Of a DNA stretch of 64,000 bases, positions 49,428 through 59,364 are shown one piece after another. Below the pieces are notes generated by a model. It was not told where the DNA came from, made no database searches, and worked only from the letters and a program-made list of their open reading frames with translations. A program made the position numbers and the translations under genes. The stretch lies in assembly GCA_947494035.1 (NCBI GenBank), contig CANLTN010000013.1:24423-88422 (forward strand), given 5' to 3'. The stretch's first letter is position 1, and each line of letters begins with the position of its first letter. The DNA is from an uncultured Pseudovibrio sp. GTDB taxonomy: Bacteria > Pseudomonadota > Alphaproteobacteria > Rhizobiales > Stappiaceae.

Positions 49428-49925
49428 CTATGAGTTTAGTTCAGATAATTCAGCTTTCGGGTACGGAATAGCCTCCAGATCAGAAAAGAAAATCTTGCGA
49501 TTTTGCTCGCCGTCAATCAGCTGACCAAGCCGCGCTGCTCTTTGGAACAGAATTGCGGCTTCGCTGTCCTCACCTGCCAACAACTTGGCGCGTGCCATGA
49601 GCTCGGAAGCATAGGCGTGATCGAAATCTGCCATATCCTCCTGATGCGCTTTGGTCAGCTCCATGGTCTGCAGCGCATAACGCATGGCTGCTTCGATGTT
49701 GCCGAGCAAAACATGGACGCGGCCCACGAGCCACAATCCACGTTGCTGATTGACTTTCGTTCCAACCTGAAGCCAGTGCCAGAGGCTGGCGTGCGCGACA
49801 TGGAGTATCTCGTCATTTTCCTCCGCAGACCGGCTCTCCTTATCCAGAAGAGCCCATGTGCGTTGGTTGAGTTCTATGGCGATGAACTTGTGATCCAATA
49901 TCGGTTTTGCGCCAGCCTGTGCCAC
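49428..49925 (-). CDS. Hypothetical all-helical protein inserted between coxL and coxM
   Basis: GTG start 4 nt after the coxL stop with a GGAG RBS; LNQRTWALL, HASLWHW, DFDHAYASE. Confidence 0.7.
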   Translation of the reverse strand: MAQAGAKPILDHKFIAIELNQRTWALLDKESRSAEENDEILHVAHASLWHWLQVGTKVNQQRGLWLVGRVHVLLGNIEAAMRYALQTMELTKAHQEDMADFDHAYASELMARAKLLAGEDSEAAILFQRAARLGQLIDGEQNRKIFFSDLEAIPYPKAELSELNS

Positions 49926-49929
49926 CCTG

Positions 49930-52293
49930 TTACTCCGCTGCCTGTTTCATGCCGTTGTCCTGAATGAGCTGCCAGACGCGGTTGGGCGAGGCAGGCATAT
50001 GCATATCGCGAATGCCGAGGGCGTCCGTGATGGCGTTGATGACGGCAGGCGGTGAACCGATCGCTCCGGCTTCCCCGCAGCCTTTCATGCCAAGCGGGTT
50101 GCCCGGACATTCTGTAACTGTGGTTTCCAGCTTGAAGGATGGCACATTGTCTGCACGCGGCATGGCGTAGTCCATATAGGATGCTGTGAGCAGCTGGCCG
50201 TCTTCGTCATACTGGGTGTGCTCCAGCATGGCCTGACCAATGCCCTGAACCAGACCACCGTGGACCTGACCTTCCACAATCATCGGGTTGATGATGGTGC
50301 CAAAGTCATCGGCTGCCACGAAGTTCTCGATGGAGACAACACCGGTATCAGGATCAACTTCCACCTCGCAGATGTAACAGCCCGCAGGGAACGTGAAGTT
50401 GGTTGGATCGTAGAACGCGCCCTCCTTCAGACCCGGCTCCATGCCTTCCGGCAGGTTGTGGGCGGTGTAAGCTGCGAGTGAGACTTCTGTGAAGGAGAGC
50501 TTTTTGTCGGTTCCGGCAACTTTCAACTCGCCGTTCTCGATGGTGATGTCGCCTTCAGAGGCTTCCATCAAGTGGGCTGCGATCTTCTTCGCCTTGGCTT
50601 CAACTTTGTCGAGTGCTTTGGAAATCGCGGACATGCCAACCGCACCTGAACGAGAGCCGTATGTGCCCATGCCCATTTGCACCTTGTCAGTATCGCCATG
50701 GACAATGGAGATGCTATCGGTTGGCAGGCCTAAGCGGTCTGACACCAGCTGGGCGAAGGTGGTTTCGTGGCCCTGACCATGGCTGTGAGAACCGGTCAGC
50801 ACCTCGATGGTGCCAACAGCGTTGACACGAACCTCGGCAGATTCCCAAAGCCCAACGCCAGCGCCCAGTGAGCCCACCGCCTGAGACGGTGCAATTCCGC
50901 ATGCCTCGATGTAGCAGGACATGCCAATGCCGCGGAGCTTACCGCCCGCTTCGGACTGAGCGCGACGTTGTGCGAAGCCGTTGTAGTCGATGGCGTTCAT
51001 AGCCAGATCGAGCGACGCTTCGTAGTCACCGGCATCATAGGCCATAATCACAGGCGTCTGGTGCGGGAACTCACGGACGAAGTTGAGGCGGCGGAATTCT
51101 GCTGGCGCCATGCCAACTTCTTTTGCTGCCGTTTCCATCATGCGCTCAACAACAAAGGTCGCTTCCGGGCGCCCTGCCCCGCGATATGCATCCACAGGCG
51201 CGGTGTTGGTGTAGACCGCTTTCACATTCGCATAGATATTCGGAATGTTGTACTGGCCGGACAGCAAGGTCGCGTACAGATAGGTTGGCACGGAGGATGA
51301 GAACAAGGACATGTAAGCGCCAAGGTTGGCGACTGTTTTCACGCGGAAACCGGTGATTTTGTTGTTCGCATCCAGAGCCAGCTCGGCTGTGGTGTGGTGG
51401 TCACGACCATGTGCGTCTGTCAGGAACGCTTCGGTTCGATCAGAAGTCCATTTAACCGGACGGCCAACACGTTTTGTGGCCCACAGACAGGCTATTTCTT
51501 CCGGATAGATGAAGATCTTGGAACCAAAGCCGCCGCCCACATCCGGTGCAATCACGCGCAGTTTGTTCTCTGGAGCCACGTTGTAGAACGCGGAGAGAAC
51601 CAAGCGCGCCACATGCGGGTTTTGAGAGGTGGTGTAGAGCGTGTAGTGCTCTTCCGACGGATCAAAGTGCGCCAGAGCGGAGCGTGGCTCCATGGGATTT
51701 GGAACAAGACGGTTGTTGTCCAAGTCCATCTGGGTGATGTGCGCGGCATTGGCAAACGCTTCACTGGTTGCCGCTTCCTCGCCGATCTCCCAGTCGTAAA
51801 TGAGGTTACCGGCAGCTTCCGGATGGAGTTGCGGGGCGCCGTCCTTGAGCGCATCAAGGCTATCGACGACGGTTGGCAGCTCTTCGTAGTCCACGATGAC
51901 CGCTTCGGCTGCGTCGCGGGCCTGTTGCAGGGTATCTGCCACAACAACTGCTATGGCTTGGCCAACAAAGCGCACGGTTTCCGACTCAAGAGCACGGTAA
52001 GCGCCCATGTTCATTGGCGACCCGTCTTTGGAATGGATCATCCACCCGCAGATGATATTGCCAATGCCGTCAGCTACCAGCTGATGACCATTGAGAACCG
52101 CATCAACACCCGGCATTTTCATCGCTTCATCGGTGTTGATGGACTTGATGCGCGCATGCGCGTGTGTTGAACGAACAAAGGCTGCGTAGCCCATGCGTGG
52201 CATGGTCACATCATCGGTGTAGCGACCATTGCCTGTAATAAATCTTTTGTCTTCCTTGCGCAGCACCCGTGCGCCAATTCCTTCTGCTGCCAT
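49930..52293 (-). CDS. coxL: Molybdo-hydroxylase large subunit (form II CoxL-like/xanthine dehydrogenase family)
   Basis: [11 protein letters not shown], active-site loop AYRGAGR, GQGHETT, GTYGSRS, KGCGEAG; start MAAEG at 52293. Confidence 0.88.
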   Translation of the reverse strand: MAAEGIGARVLRKEDKRFITGNGRYTDDVTMPRMGYAAFVRSTHAHARIKSINTDEAMKMPGVDAVLNGHQLVADGIGNIICGWMIHSKDGSPMNMGAYRALESETVRFVGQAIAVVVADTLQQARDAAEAVIVDYEELPTVVDSLDALKDGAPQLHPEAAGNLIYDWEIGEEAATSEAFANAAHITQMDLDNNRLVPNPMEPRSALAHFDPSEEHYTLYTTSQNPHVARLVLSAFYNVAPENKLRVIAPDVGGGFGSKIFIYPEEIACLWATKRVGRPVKWTSDRTEAFLTDAHGRDHHTTAELALDANNKITGFRVKTVANLGAYMSLFSSSVPTYLYATLLSGQYNIPNIYANVKAVYTNTAPVDAYRGAGRPEATFVVERMMETAAKEVGMAPAEFRRLNFVREFPHQTPVIMAYDAGDYEASLDLAMNAIDYNGFAQRRAQSEAGGKLRGIGMSCYIEACGIAPSQAVGSLGAGVGLWESAEVRVNAVGTIEVLTGSHSHGQGHETTFAQLVSDRLGLPTDSISIVHGDTDKVQMGMGTYGSRSGAVGMSAISKALDKVEAKAKKIAAHLMEASEGDITIENGELKVAGTDKKLSFTEVSLAAYTAHNLPEGMEPGLKEGAFYDPTNFTFPAGCYICEVEVDPDTGVVSIENFVAADDFGTIINPMIVEGQVHGGLVQGIGQAMLEHTQYDEDGQLLTASYMDYAMPRADNVPSFKLETTVTECPGNPLGMKGCGEAGAIGSPPAVINAITDALGIRDMHMPASPNRVWQLIQDNGMKQAAE

Positions 52294-52401
52294 TTCCATC
52301 CCCTCCCGGAAGGTTGACTTCAGCAACTGTTCATAGACGCCAGCACCGCCCCTCCGCGTAAAACGGGGTGCATCCAGCCTCAAAGCCAGTTGAACTCTGA
52401 A

Positions 52402-52890
52402 TTACTCTGCGGCTTCGAGAATCTCCGCCATCTCGTCTGCAGCAGCTTTGATCGCCTTGACGATGTTGTGGTAGCCGGTGCAGCGACAAATATTGCCTTC
52501 CAGCTCATGGCGGATTGTCTTTTCGTCCAGATCAGTCCCGAGGCGATTAATCATGTCGATTGCAGACATAATCATGCCGGGGGTACAGAAGCCGCACTGA
52601 AGGCCGTGGTTTTCCTTGAACGCCTTCTGCATGATGTGCAGCTGGCCATTTTGGGAAATGCCTTCAATGGTGGTAACGGCAGAACCGGAAGCCTGAACAG
52701 CCAGCATACTGCAGGACTTAACTGCCCTGCCGTCCAGATGTACAAGACATGCACCACACTGCGAGGTATCGCAGCCAATGTGCGTTCCGGTCAGTCCCTG
52801 ATTTTCACGCAGAAATGTAGATAATAGGGTGCGGTCTGCAACCTCACCAGAAATCTGCTTTCCATTCACCGTCAAAGAGACAGTCGTCAT
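52402..52890 (-). CDS. coxS: Molybdo-hydroxylase 2x[2Fe-2S] subunit (CoxS-like)
   Basis: [27 protein letters not shown]. Confidence 0.92.
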   Translation of the reverse strand: MTTVSLTVNGKQISGEVADRTLLSTFLRENQGLTGTHIGCDTSQCGACLVHLDGRAVKSCSMLAVQASGSAVTTIEGISQNGQLHIMQKAFKENHGLQCGFCTPGMIMSAIDMINRLGTDLDEKTIRHELEGNICRCTGYHNIVKAIKAAADEMAEILEAAE

Positions 52891-53077
52891 GGTTTTCCTC
52901 CCTCACTAAAGCCTGCATTTTCGCGTCCGCAGGCTATGAAGCCAACAACATTGATCAGGATCACCGCTCCTATCAACGTAGTTGGTTGTAAATTAGGCCG
53001 CTGGCCCAATTATTCTCAGGGGTGGTTTTGCGGCAAAGTACGCTCTCCGCACTCTGCCGTTTGCAATCACCCAAATT

Positions 53078-53785
53078 TTAGGTGCCAAGCAGCCAATAAA
53101 GAGCGATGAGAACAAGCAGAGTTAGAATTCCCCAGCCCAACGGACCACCCAGGAACCCTTTAGCTGCGGCGACCTCTACCTTTTCTTCAACGTCCTTAAC
53201 CGCTTCTTCCAAGGCATGCTCAGCATCGGCAATCACTTCCGTCGGAGCATCGACCATGTGCTGATTGGCAATGGTCTTGGCTTCTTCGATGATCGCTGTA
53301 TCCGGCTCGTCGTCCGCAAGAGGCTCGTCTTCTTCAGCCACAGGCGTGCCGCCAAGTTCTCTGTTCAGGTTCGAGAAGAACTCCTCAGCCATCTTTTTGG
53401 CCGTCGAGTCGATCAGCCGGTTGCCGAGCTGGGCAAGTTTGCCGCCGACCTTGGCAGTCACCTCATAACTTAAGAGCGTGCCACCTACACTTGGTGCCAG
53501 AGCTACATCTGCCGAGCCCTTGGCAAACCCAGCCACACCGCCTTTGCCTTCACCGGAAATCTTGTAGGAGTTTGGCGGGTTAAGATCAGAGAGCGTTACT
53601 GCGCCTTTGAACTTGGCCTTAACCGGTCCCACTTTTGCGGTGACTGTTGCCGTCATTTCAGTGTCGGAGGTTTTTTCCAGACTATCGCAACCCGGAATAC
53701 ACTTTTTCAGCAATTCAGGATCATTGAGAGCTTCCCAAACTTTTTCCTGACTCGCAGGTATTTGCTGCTCTCCAGACATTTCCAT
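53078..53785 (-). CDS. coxG: CoxG (SRPBCC) protein with C-terminal TM anchor
   Basis: VWEALNDP..LKKCIPGC, KVGPVKAKF, GGKLAQLG.RLID; hydrophobic C-terminus. Confidence 0.88.
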   Translation of the reverse strand: MEMSGEQQIPASQEKVWEALNDPELLKKCIPGCDSLEKTSDTEMTATVTAKVGPVKAKFKGAVTLSDLNPPNSYKISGEGKGGVAGFAKGSADVALAPSVGGTLLSYEVTAKVGGKLAQLGNRLIDSTAKKMAEEFFSNLNRELGGTPVAEEDEPLADDEPDTAIIEEAKTIANQHMVDAPTEVIADAEHALEEAVKDVEEKVEVAAAKGFLGGPLGWGILTLLVLIALYWLLGT

Positions 53786-54140
53786 AGAGTGGCCCCTCGT
53801 TATTCTCAGTGCTTCCTTTAGGTAGGCTTTGCGCCTTAAGGTCACTTTTGCATTCAACGTCATGTAGATTGGACTTAAACCGAGGGAAAAGACAAGTACC
53901 TCTCGTGTTAAAATTGTCGTGGATGCTCAAAACTTCTTTTCAGAAGACAGTGACGTTTTACAGGTCCTGCTCCAAGCTGGCGCTTGCACGCTGTGGATAC
54001 TCACTTAACGGTAAAGGCTTTGTTTTGCGCTAAAGCGTTGACCGCAGGCTCGCATCGCCTTAATGCCTTTTCATTAAACAGATGAAATCAGCGTGAGGCT
54101 TTGCCTCGCGTTTGTGCGCAGAAAATCAAAGGCAACATCC

Positions 54141-55346
54141 TTGAGCAAATCACCAAAAGGCGGCGCTCCACGCGCCCGCAATGCGCAATCCAAAAAAGGC
54201 GGAGCACGGCGGGACACCGGTCCGAAGCGTGGTTTTTCTGCCAAACGGGATAGTCGTGACGGGCGTGACCAACGAGAGGCGCGTAATCCCCGCGACACTC
54301 GTGGTGGCAAAAAAGACAGCCCGACTGCTGCTCGCCCAAACCGGCGCGAGCAAACGCGCAGCGCTCCGGCCACAGCTGTCGTTGAACCGATTATGCGGGA
54401 GCACAAGCCAACATCCGCTCGCTTTGCCACGCCTGCCAGCGTTTTGCCAGTGATGGTGGAGATGAACGGCTGGGACGACTATGCCCTGTTGGACATGGGA
54501 CACGGACAGAAGCTGGAGCGGTATGGCCGCTACAAGCTGATCCGTCCTGAAGCACAGGCCATGGGTGCCCCTCGCCTGCCGGAGAGCGAATGGAAGAGCG
54601 CGGATGCGATCTTTACCGGTGATGTTGAGGAAGAAGGCCCGGGCCGCTGGAAGTTTGCCAAACAGGTAGATGAAATCTGGCAGATGAAATACGGGCCTGC
54701 CACGTTCAACGGCCAGTTCATGTCTTTCCGCCATGTGGGCGTGTTTCCTGAACAGGCTGCCCACTGGGATTGGGTTGGCGAGCAGATCAAAAAAGCGGAC
54801 CGTCCGCTCAAGATTCTCAACCTGTTTGGATACACCGGTCTGGCCTCGCTGCTGCCTGCTGCCCTTGGCGCGCATGTCACGCACGTTGATGCGTCCAAAA
54901 AGGCGATTGTCTGGGCGCGCGAAAATCAGGAGCTTTCCGGCCTTGAAGATAAGCCGATCCGGTGGATCTGCGAGGATGCCATGAAGTTTGTGGAGCGGGA
55001 AGTACGCCGCGGAAATACTTATGACGGCATTATTCTCGATCCACCAAAGTTTGGCCGTGGGCCCAATGGCGAAGTCTGGGATTTCTTTGAAAATGTGCCA
55101 CATATGCTGGCCTGCGTGCGCAAGCTGCTGTCGCCAAATGCGCAGTTCCTGCTGATGTCCAGCTATGCAATTCGCGCCAGCTTCCTTGCCTCTCACGAAC
55201 TGATGCGTGAATGCCTTGATGGCCTGCCGGGTACGATCGAATCCGGCGAGCTGGCTATTCGCGAACTTAATGGACCACGATTGCTCTCAACCTCCCTTTT
55301 CAGCCGGTGGAGCGCACCAGATAACACTAAGGCTGAGGGAGCATAA
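54141..55346 (+). CDS. Class I SAM-dependent RNA methyltransferase (RlmI/RlmK-like)
   Basis: LNLFGYTG, HVDAS, ILDPPKFGRG; R/G/K-rich N-terminal extension; TTG start inferred. Confidence 0.85.
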   Translation: MSKSPKGGAPRARNAQSKKGGARRDTGPKRGFSAKRDSRDGRDQREARNPRDTRGGKKDSPTAARPNRREQTRSAPATAVVEPIMREHKPTSARFATPASVLPVMVEMNGWDDYALLDMGHGQKLERYGRYKLIRPEAQAMGAPRLPESEWKSADAIFTGDVEEEGPGRWKFAKQVDEIWQMKYGPATFNGQFMSFRHVGVFPEQAAHWDWVGEQIKKADRPLKILNLFGYTGLASLLPAALGAHVTHVDASKKAIVWARENQELSGLEDKPIRWICEDAMKFVEREVRRGNTYDGIILDPPKFGRGPNGEVWDFFENVPHMLACVRKLLSPNAQFLLMSSYAIRASFLASHELMRECLDGLPGTIESGELAIRELNGPRLLSTSLFSRWSAPDNTKAEGA

Positions 55347-55350
55347 CCCG

Positions 55351-56187
55351 ATGGAATTCAGAGAAACCCACCGCGCTGGCGCTGTGAAGCAGATCACCTC
55401 TCACTCCAACCCGATTGTGAAAGAGATCAAAGGCCTTGTTGCCCAGCGCAAAAATCGCAAGCAGAGCGGGCTGTTTGTTGCTGAAGGCCTGAAGCTGGCG
55501 ACGGATGCACTCGAAGCAGGCTGGGGCGTGCGTTATCTGGCGCTTGGACCGGAGGCGCGCGAGAACAAGATTGCGCTGGAAGCTGCTGCTAAAGCAAAAG
55601 CACGCGGTGCGCTCATTCTTGAGGTGAACAACGCTGTGCTTGGCGCGATTACCCGCCGCGACAATCCGCAGATGGTGGTTGGTGTTTATGAGCAGCAGAC
55701 CCTGAAGCTGAGCGACATTGATCCAAAAAGCGCGAGTACATGGATTGCGCTGGACCGTGTGCGCGATCCGGGCAATCTGGGCACGATTATCCGCACCGGA
55801 GATGCTGTTGGGGCATCCGGCGTTATTCTGATTGACGACACAACCGACCCGTTTGCCGTTGAGACCGTGCGGGCAACGATGGGCTCTTTGTTCCATATGC
55901 CGCTTGTGCGCTGCACTGCTGATGAGTTTGTTGAGTTCCGCAAGAGTTGGTCCGGCCCTGTGGTCGGCACCCATCTGCGGGGTGAAAAGGACTATCGTGC
56001 TGTAGATTATAAAGAACCTGTGATTTTGATGATGGGCAATGAGCAGGCAGGCTTGAGTGATAAACTGGCTGATACTTGCTCTGATCTGGTGAAAATTCCT
56101 CAGGCAGGGCAAGCTGATTCAATGAATTTGGCTGTTGCAACGGCTGTGATGCTTTATGAAGTGCGTAGGAACTATCTGAAGCTGTAG
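55351..56187 (+). CDS. TrmH/SpoU family RNA 2'-O-methyltransferase
   Basis: FVAEG, RDPGNLGTIIRT, MGNEQAGL, SMNLAVA. Confidence 0.9.
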   Translation: MEFRETHRAGAVKQITSHSNPIVKEIKGLVAQRKNRKQSGLFVAEGLKLATDALEAGWGVRYLALGPEARENKIALEAAAKAKARGALILEVNNAVLGAITRRDNPQMVVGVYEQQTLKLSDIDPKSASTWIALDRVRDPGNLGTIIRTGDAVGASGVILIDDTTDPFAVETVRATMGSLFHMPLVRCTADEFVEFRKSWSGPVVGTHLRGEKDYRAVDYKEPVILMMGNEQAGLSDKLADTCSDLVKIPQAGQADSMNLAVATAVMLYEVRRNYLKL

Positions 56188-56208
56188 ACATATGCCGGGG
56201 AGCATGGA

Positions 56209-57072
56209 ATGCGCTTGTTGATTTTGGGGGCTGGATATTCGGCTCGCCACTTTGTGAAACTATTTGGTACCGAGTTCTCATGGATCGGCGGAACCACTCG
56301 CTCGCCAGAGAAGATGGAGGAGCTGCGGTCCATTGGACTAGAGCCGATCCTGTTTGACGGTGAAACAGCAAGTGAAGAGCTTCTGGAGGCGATTGCTTCT
56401 GCGACCCATATTCTGGTATCCGCTGCGCCGACGGGCCAAGGCGATCCTTTGCTGAATGCTGCCAGAGATGCGCTGGCTGAGGCAAAGCCAACGGCCATCT
56501 GCTACCTGTCGACCATCGGCGTTTACGGCGACCATCAAGGTCGCTGGATCACTGAAACAGCAGAGTGTAACCCAACCTCCAAACGCTCTATACAGCGCCT
56601 GAAAGCAGAGAAAGATTGGCTCGCGTTTTCCGAAAAGACCGGTATTCCTGTCAGCATTTTGCGCCTTGCGGGCATTTATGGGCGTGGTCAAAATGCCCTT
56701 TGTAATCTGGAAAAAGGCAAAGCGCGCCGGATTATCAAAGAGGGGCAGGTCTTCAACCGCATTCACGTGGCGGATATTGCCGGGGCTGTGCAGCGCGCGT
56801 TTGAGAACAACGCCTCGGGTATTTTCAACGTGTGCGATGATGCGCCGTGCCCACCGGAAGATGTGGTGGAATATGCTGCTGGCCTGATGGGTGTTGAGCC
56901 GCCGCCAGCCATTGCCTTTGAAGATGCGGATCTTTCGCCGATGGCAATCACGTTTTATGGCGAAGTCAAGCGGGCAAGCAATGCCAAGCTGAAGGGCGCG
57001 CTGGGGTATAAGTTCAAGTTTCCGACCTATCGGGACGCACTGGACTATATGTGGAAGAACGGCTGGAACTAG
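56209..57072 (+). CDS. NAD-dependent epimerase/atypical SDR (YeeZ-like)
   Basis: LGAGYS, YLSTIGVYGD, RLAGIYG, FNRIHVADIA. Confidence 0.85.
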   Translation: MRLLILGAGYSARHFVKLFGTEFSWIGGTTRSPEKMEELRSIGLEPILFDGETASEELLEAIASATHILVSAAPTGQGDPLLNAARDALAEAKPTAICYLSTIGVYGDHQGRWITETAECNPTSKRSIQRLKAEKDWLAFSEKTGIPVSILRLAGIYGRGQNALCNLEKGKARRIIKEGQVFNRIHVADIAGAVQRAFENNASGIFNVCDDAPCPPEDVVEYAAGLMGVEPPPAIAFEDADLSPMAITFYGEVKRASNAKLKGALGYKFKFPTYRDALDYMWKNGWN

Positions 57073-57122
57073 AGCCTGTAAAAAACGTGCTCTGATCCAA
57101 CCGCGCTCTATTTGCACCGATA

Positions 57123-57539
57123 TTATTCGACTGTTTCGTGTTGAGGCAGGTCTCCTTCTATTTCGTAGTAATCGCCCTTGCTGGCGCAGAAGATGTGACC
57201 TGCCAGCTTTAAGCCTGTCGGCTCTTCCAGCAATCCAGCGCTGAAGTAAACTTTGTCAGAAATCTCGGGAATTTTATCTCCGTGATAATACAGGCTGCTG
57301 CCGCAATTGTTGCAGAACGCACGCTTGGAATATTCGGAGGAGCGATAGTAGGAGATGTTCTCCTCACCGCTCTCAACCTTCAATGCGTCTAGTGGGATTC
57401 CCACCGCATGGTACGGGCCACTGTTCCAGCGGCGGCACATTGAGCAGTGGCACAAGCCAACCTCCTTGAGAGGCGCTTCTGCTTTGAATGAGACTTCACC
57501 ACACAGGCATTTTGCTTTGAAACTTTGCGAATCCGACAT
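57123..57539 (-). CDS. GFA/CENP-V family Zn protein (copy 1)
   Basis: CLCG, CHCSMCRR, FCNNCGS. Confidence 0.87.
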   Translation of the reverse strand: MSDSQSFKAKCLCGEVSFKAEAPLKEVGLCHCSMCRRWNSGPYHAVGIPLDALKVESGEENISYYRSSEYSKRAFCNNCGSSLYYHGDKIPEISDKVYFSAGLLEEPTGLKLAGHIFCASKGDYYEIEGDLPQHETVE

Positions 57540-57554
57540 GTTTTCCTCCCTCAA

Positions 57555-57971
57555 TCAGTCTTCGTCAGCATGTTGAGGTCGGCTGTCCTCAATCTCGTAG
57601 TAGTCGCCCTTGCTGGCACAGAAGATATGCGGTCCAGCGGTGAGGCCTATTGGCTGTTCCAGCGCTCCAACTGCAATTGCGATGCGGTCTTTCCAGTCCG
57701 GGTGGCGATCGGCATGCCAAAACAGGCTTGATCCGCAGTTTGCGCAAAAGCCGCGGCGGGCAAACTCTGAGGATTCGTAGAATTTGACGGCATCTTCGCC
57801 TGAGATGAACTTCAGATTCGCCAGTGGCACGCTGTAAGCATCAAACGGACCACTGCCCCATTGGCGACATTGCTTGCAATGGCAGCTGCTGACCGGTTCG
57901 TCCGGCGCGGCACCTTCAAACGCGACCGCACCACATAGACAGCGCCCCTTAAACTCAATGGTTTTCGTCAT
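57555..57971 (-). CDS. GFA/CENP-V family Zn protein (copy 2)
   Basis: CLCG, CHCKQCRQW, FCANCGS; start MTKTIE at 57971. Confidence 0.87.
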   Translation of the reverse strand: MTKTIEFKGRCLCGAVAFEGAAPDEPVSSCHCKQCRQWGSGPFDAYSVPLANLKFISGEDAVKFYESSEFARRGFCANCGSSLFWHADRHPDWKDRIAIAVGALEQPIGLTAGPHIFCASKGDYYEIEDSRPQHADED

Positions 57972-58143
57972 CGGACTATCCAATATCAATAAAAAATGAT
58001 CTCCCGAATCGAGAGAAACCCGATTCCTTAAAAAGAACATATAGTGAACAGTTGTATTCAGCAAGTGTTCAGGCTATGCATCCTATTTAGGTTTTCATAG
58101 TTTCAATTTTTATTCATTCAGATTTGCGGGATCGCGGTTTCGA

Positions 58144-58803
58144 ATGGACTATTACGAAGGTTTTTTGGGGATGCGACTAGGATTTATTGTTGCTGCGATT
58201 GGATTGACGCTAAGCGGATGTGCCTCACTTTCCGAGGACGATTGCAAGACCGGCGATTGGCAGGGCATTGGGGTTGTTGACGGGCGTGCCGGTTTCACCT
58301 CCGACAAGCTCAATGAACATACAAAAGCTTGCAGCAAGTATGGCGTTACGCCGGATGTAAATGCCTATATGGCGGGGCGAACACTTGGCCTGCAAAGTTA
58401 CTGCACCCCGATCTCCGGCTTTGAGCAGGGCCGTCAGGACAAGAGCTATCGCGGTGTTTGCCCAGTTGCGAGCGAGGAAGGCTTCAAGGTCGGCTATTCA
58501 CTTGGCAACCAACTTTATGTGGCCAATGAGGCCGCAGAGAGCGCGCATGAGGATATGCGGCAGATTCAGTACCGTATTGATGATCTGGAAGAAGAAGCGC
58601 GCGGTAAGAACTGCAAGTCGAGCGAGGACAAAAAGGCTTGCCGCCAAAAAGCAGAGGCTGCCCGGATGGATGCTTATCTGGCCCGCGCAGAGCTTCTGCT
58701 TGCTCAAAACCGCCTCTCCACTATGGAACGTCGGCGTGATCGTGTCATGAGAAGCGTCACTAATCAGCTGATGGACCTTGAACCTGGCTACAACCCCTCC
58801 TAA
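58144..58803 (+). CDS. DUF2799 family lipoprotein
   Basis: Lipobox LSGC, C..GDW..IG..DG, GL.SYCTP; coiled-coil C-terminus. Confidence 0.8.
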   Translation: MDYYEGFLGMRLGFIVAAIGLTLSGCASLSEDDCKTGDWQGIGVVDGRAGFTSDKLNEHTKACSKYGVTPDVNAYMAGRTLGLQSYCTPISGFEQGRQDKSYRGVCPVASEEGFKVGYSLGNQLYVANEAAESAHEDMRQIQYRIDDLEEEARGKNCKSSEDKKACRQKAEAARMDAYLARAELLLAQNRLSTMERRRDRVMRSVTNQLMDLEPGYNPS

Positions 58804-58844
58804 AATTTGAGGGTGAATGCAGATTCTTTTGGGAAGGCGAGCCG

Positions 58845-59297
58845 ATGAAAACGTGGCGTGTTTATCTTTCAGGTGAGATCCACAGTGATTGGAGAGAGCG
58901 GATTGAGCATGGTACGGCTGAGGCAGGCCTGCCTGTCCACTTCGACAGCCCTGTGCTGGATCACGAAGCCAGCGATGATTGCGGTGCAGAGATTCTGGGC
59001 GCGGAAGAAAGCAACTTCTGGAGAGACCACAAGGGGGCGAAGGTCAACGCTATTCGCACCCGCACGCTGCTCTCTGAAGCCGATGTTGTCGTGGTGCGCT
59101 TTGGTGACAAATGGCGGCAGTGGAATGCGGCGTTTGATGCAGGCTATGCGTCCGCTTTGGGTAAGAGCATCATCGTGCTGCACGATCCGGCATTGACCCA
59201 CCCGTTGAAGGAAGTTGATGCGGCGGCGATGGCCGTTGCAGAAGAGCCTGATCAGGTGGTGGATATACTTCGCTACGTGATCCGCGGCGAGTTATAG
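58845..59297 (+). CDS. YtoQ family protein (nucleoside deoxyribosyltransferase-like fold)
   Basis: VYLSGEIHSDWR, NAIRTR, FGDKWRQWNAAFDAG, HPLKEVDAAA. Confidence 0.87.
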   Translation: MKTWRVYLSGEIHSDWRERIEHGTAEAGLPVHFDSPVLDHEASDDCGAEILGAEESNFWRDHKGAKVNAIRTRTLLSEADVVVVRFGDKWRQWNAAFDAGYASALGKSIIVLHDPALTHPLKEVDAAAMAVAEEPDQVVDILRYVIRGEL

Positions 59298-59331
59298 GTC
59301 CTTCCCGTTTTTGGGAAGGCACTGGTGTTTT

Positions 59332-59360
59332 AAGGTGGGCTGGGATCAGCCCGCCTTTTT
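59332..59360 (+). terminator. Intrinsic terminator after the YtoQ gene
   Basis: AAGGUGGGCUG-GGAU-CAGCCCGCCUU plus UUU. Confidence 0.65.
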
Positions 59361-59364
59361 CAGA

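Noticed and set aside
49930-52293. Calling the cox cluster a CO dehydrogenase
   Set aside because: AYRGAGR loop and S-L-M order indicate form II, not the AYxCSFR form I enzyme
54150-55196. 348-aa minus-strand ORF antisense to the methyltransferase
   Set aside because: Shadow ORF; composition is not protein-like
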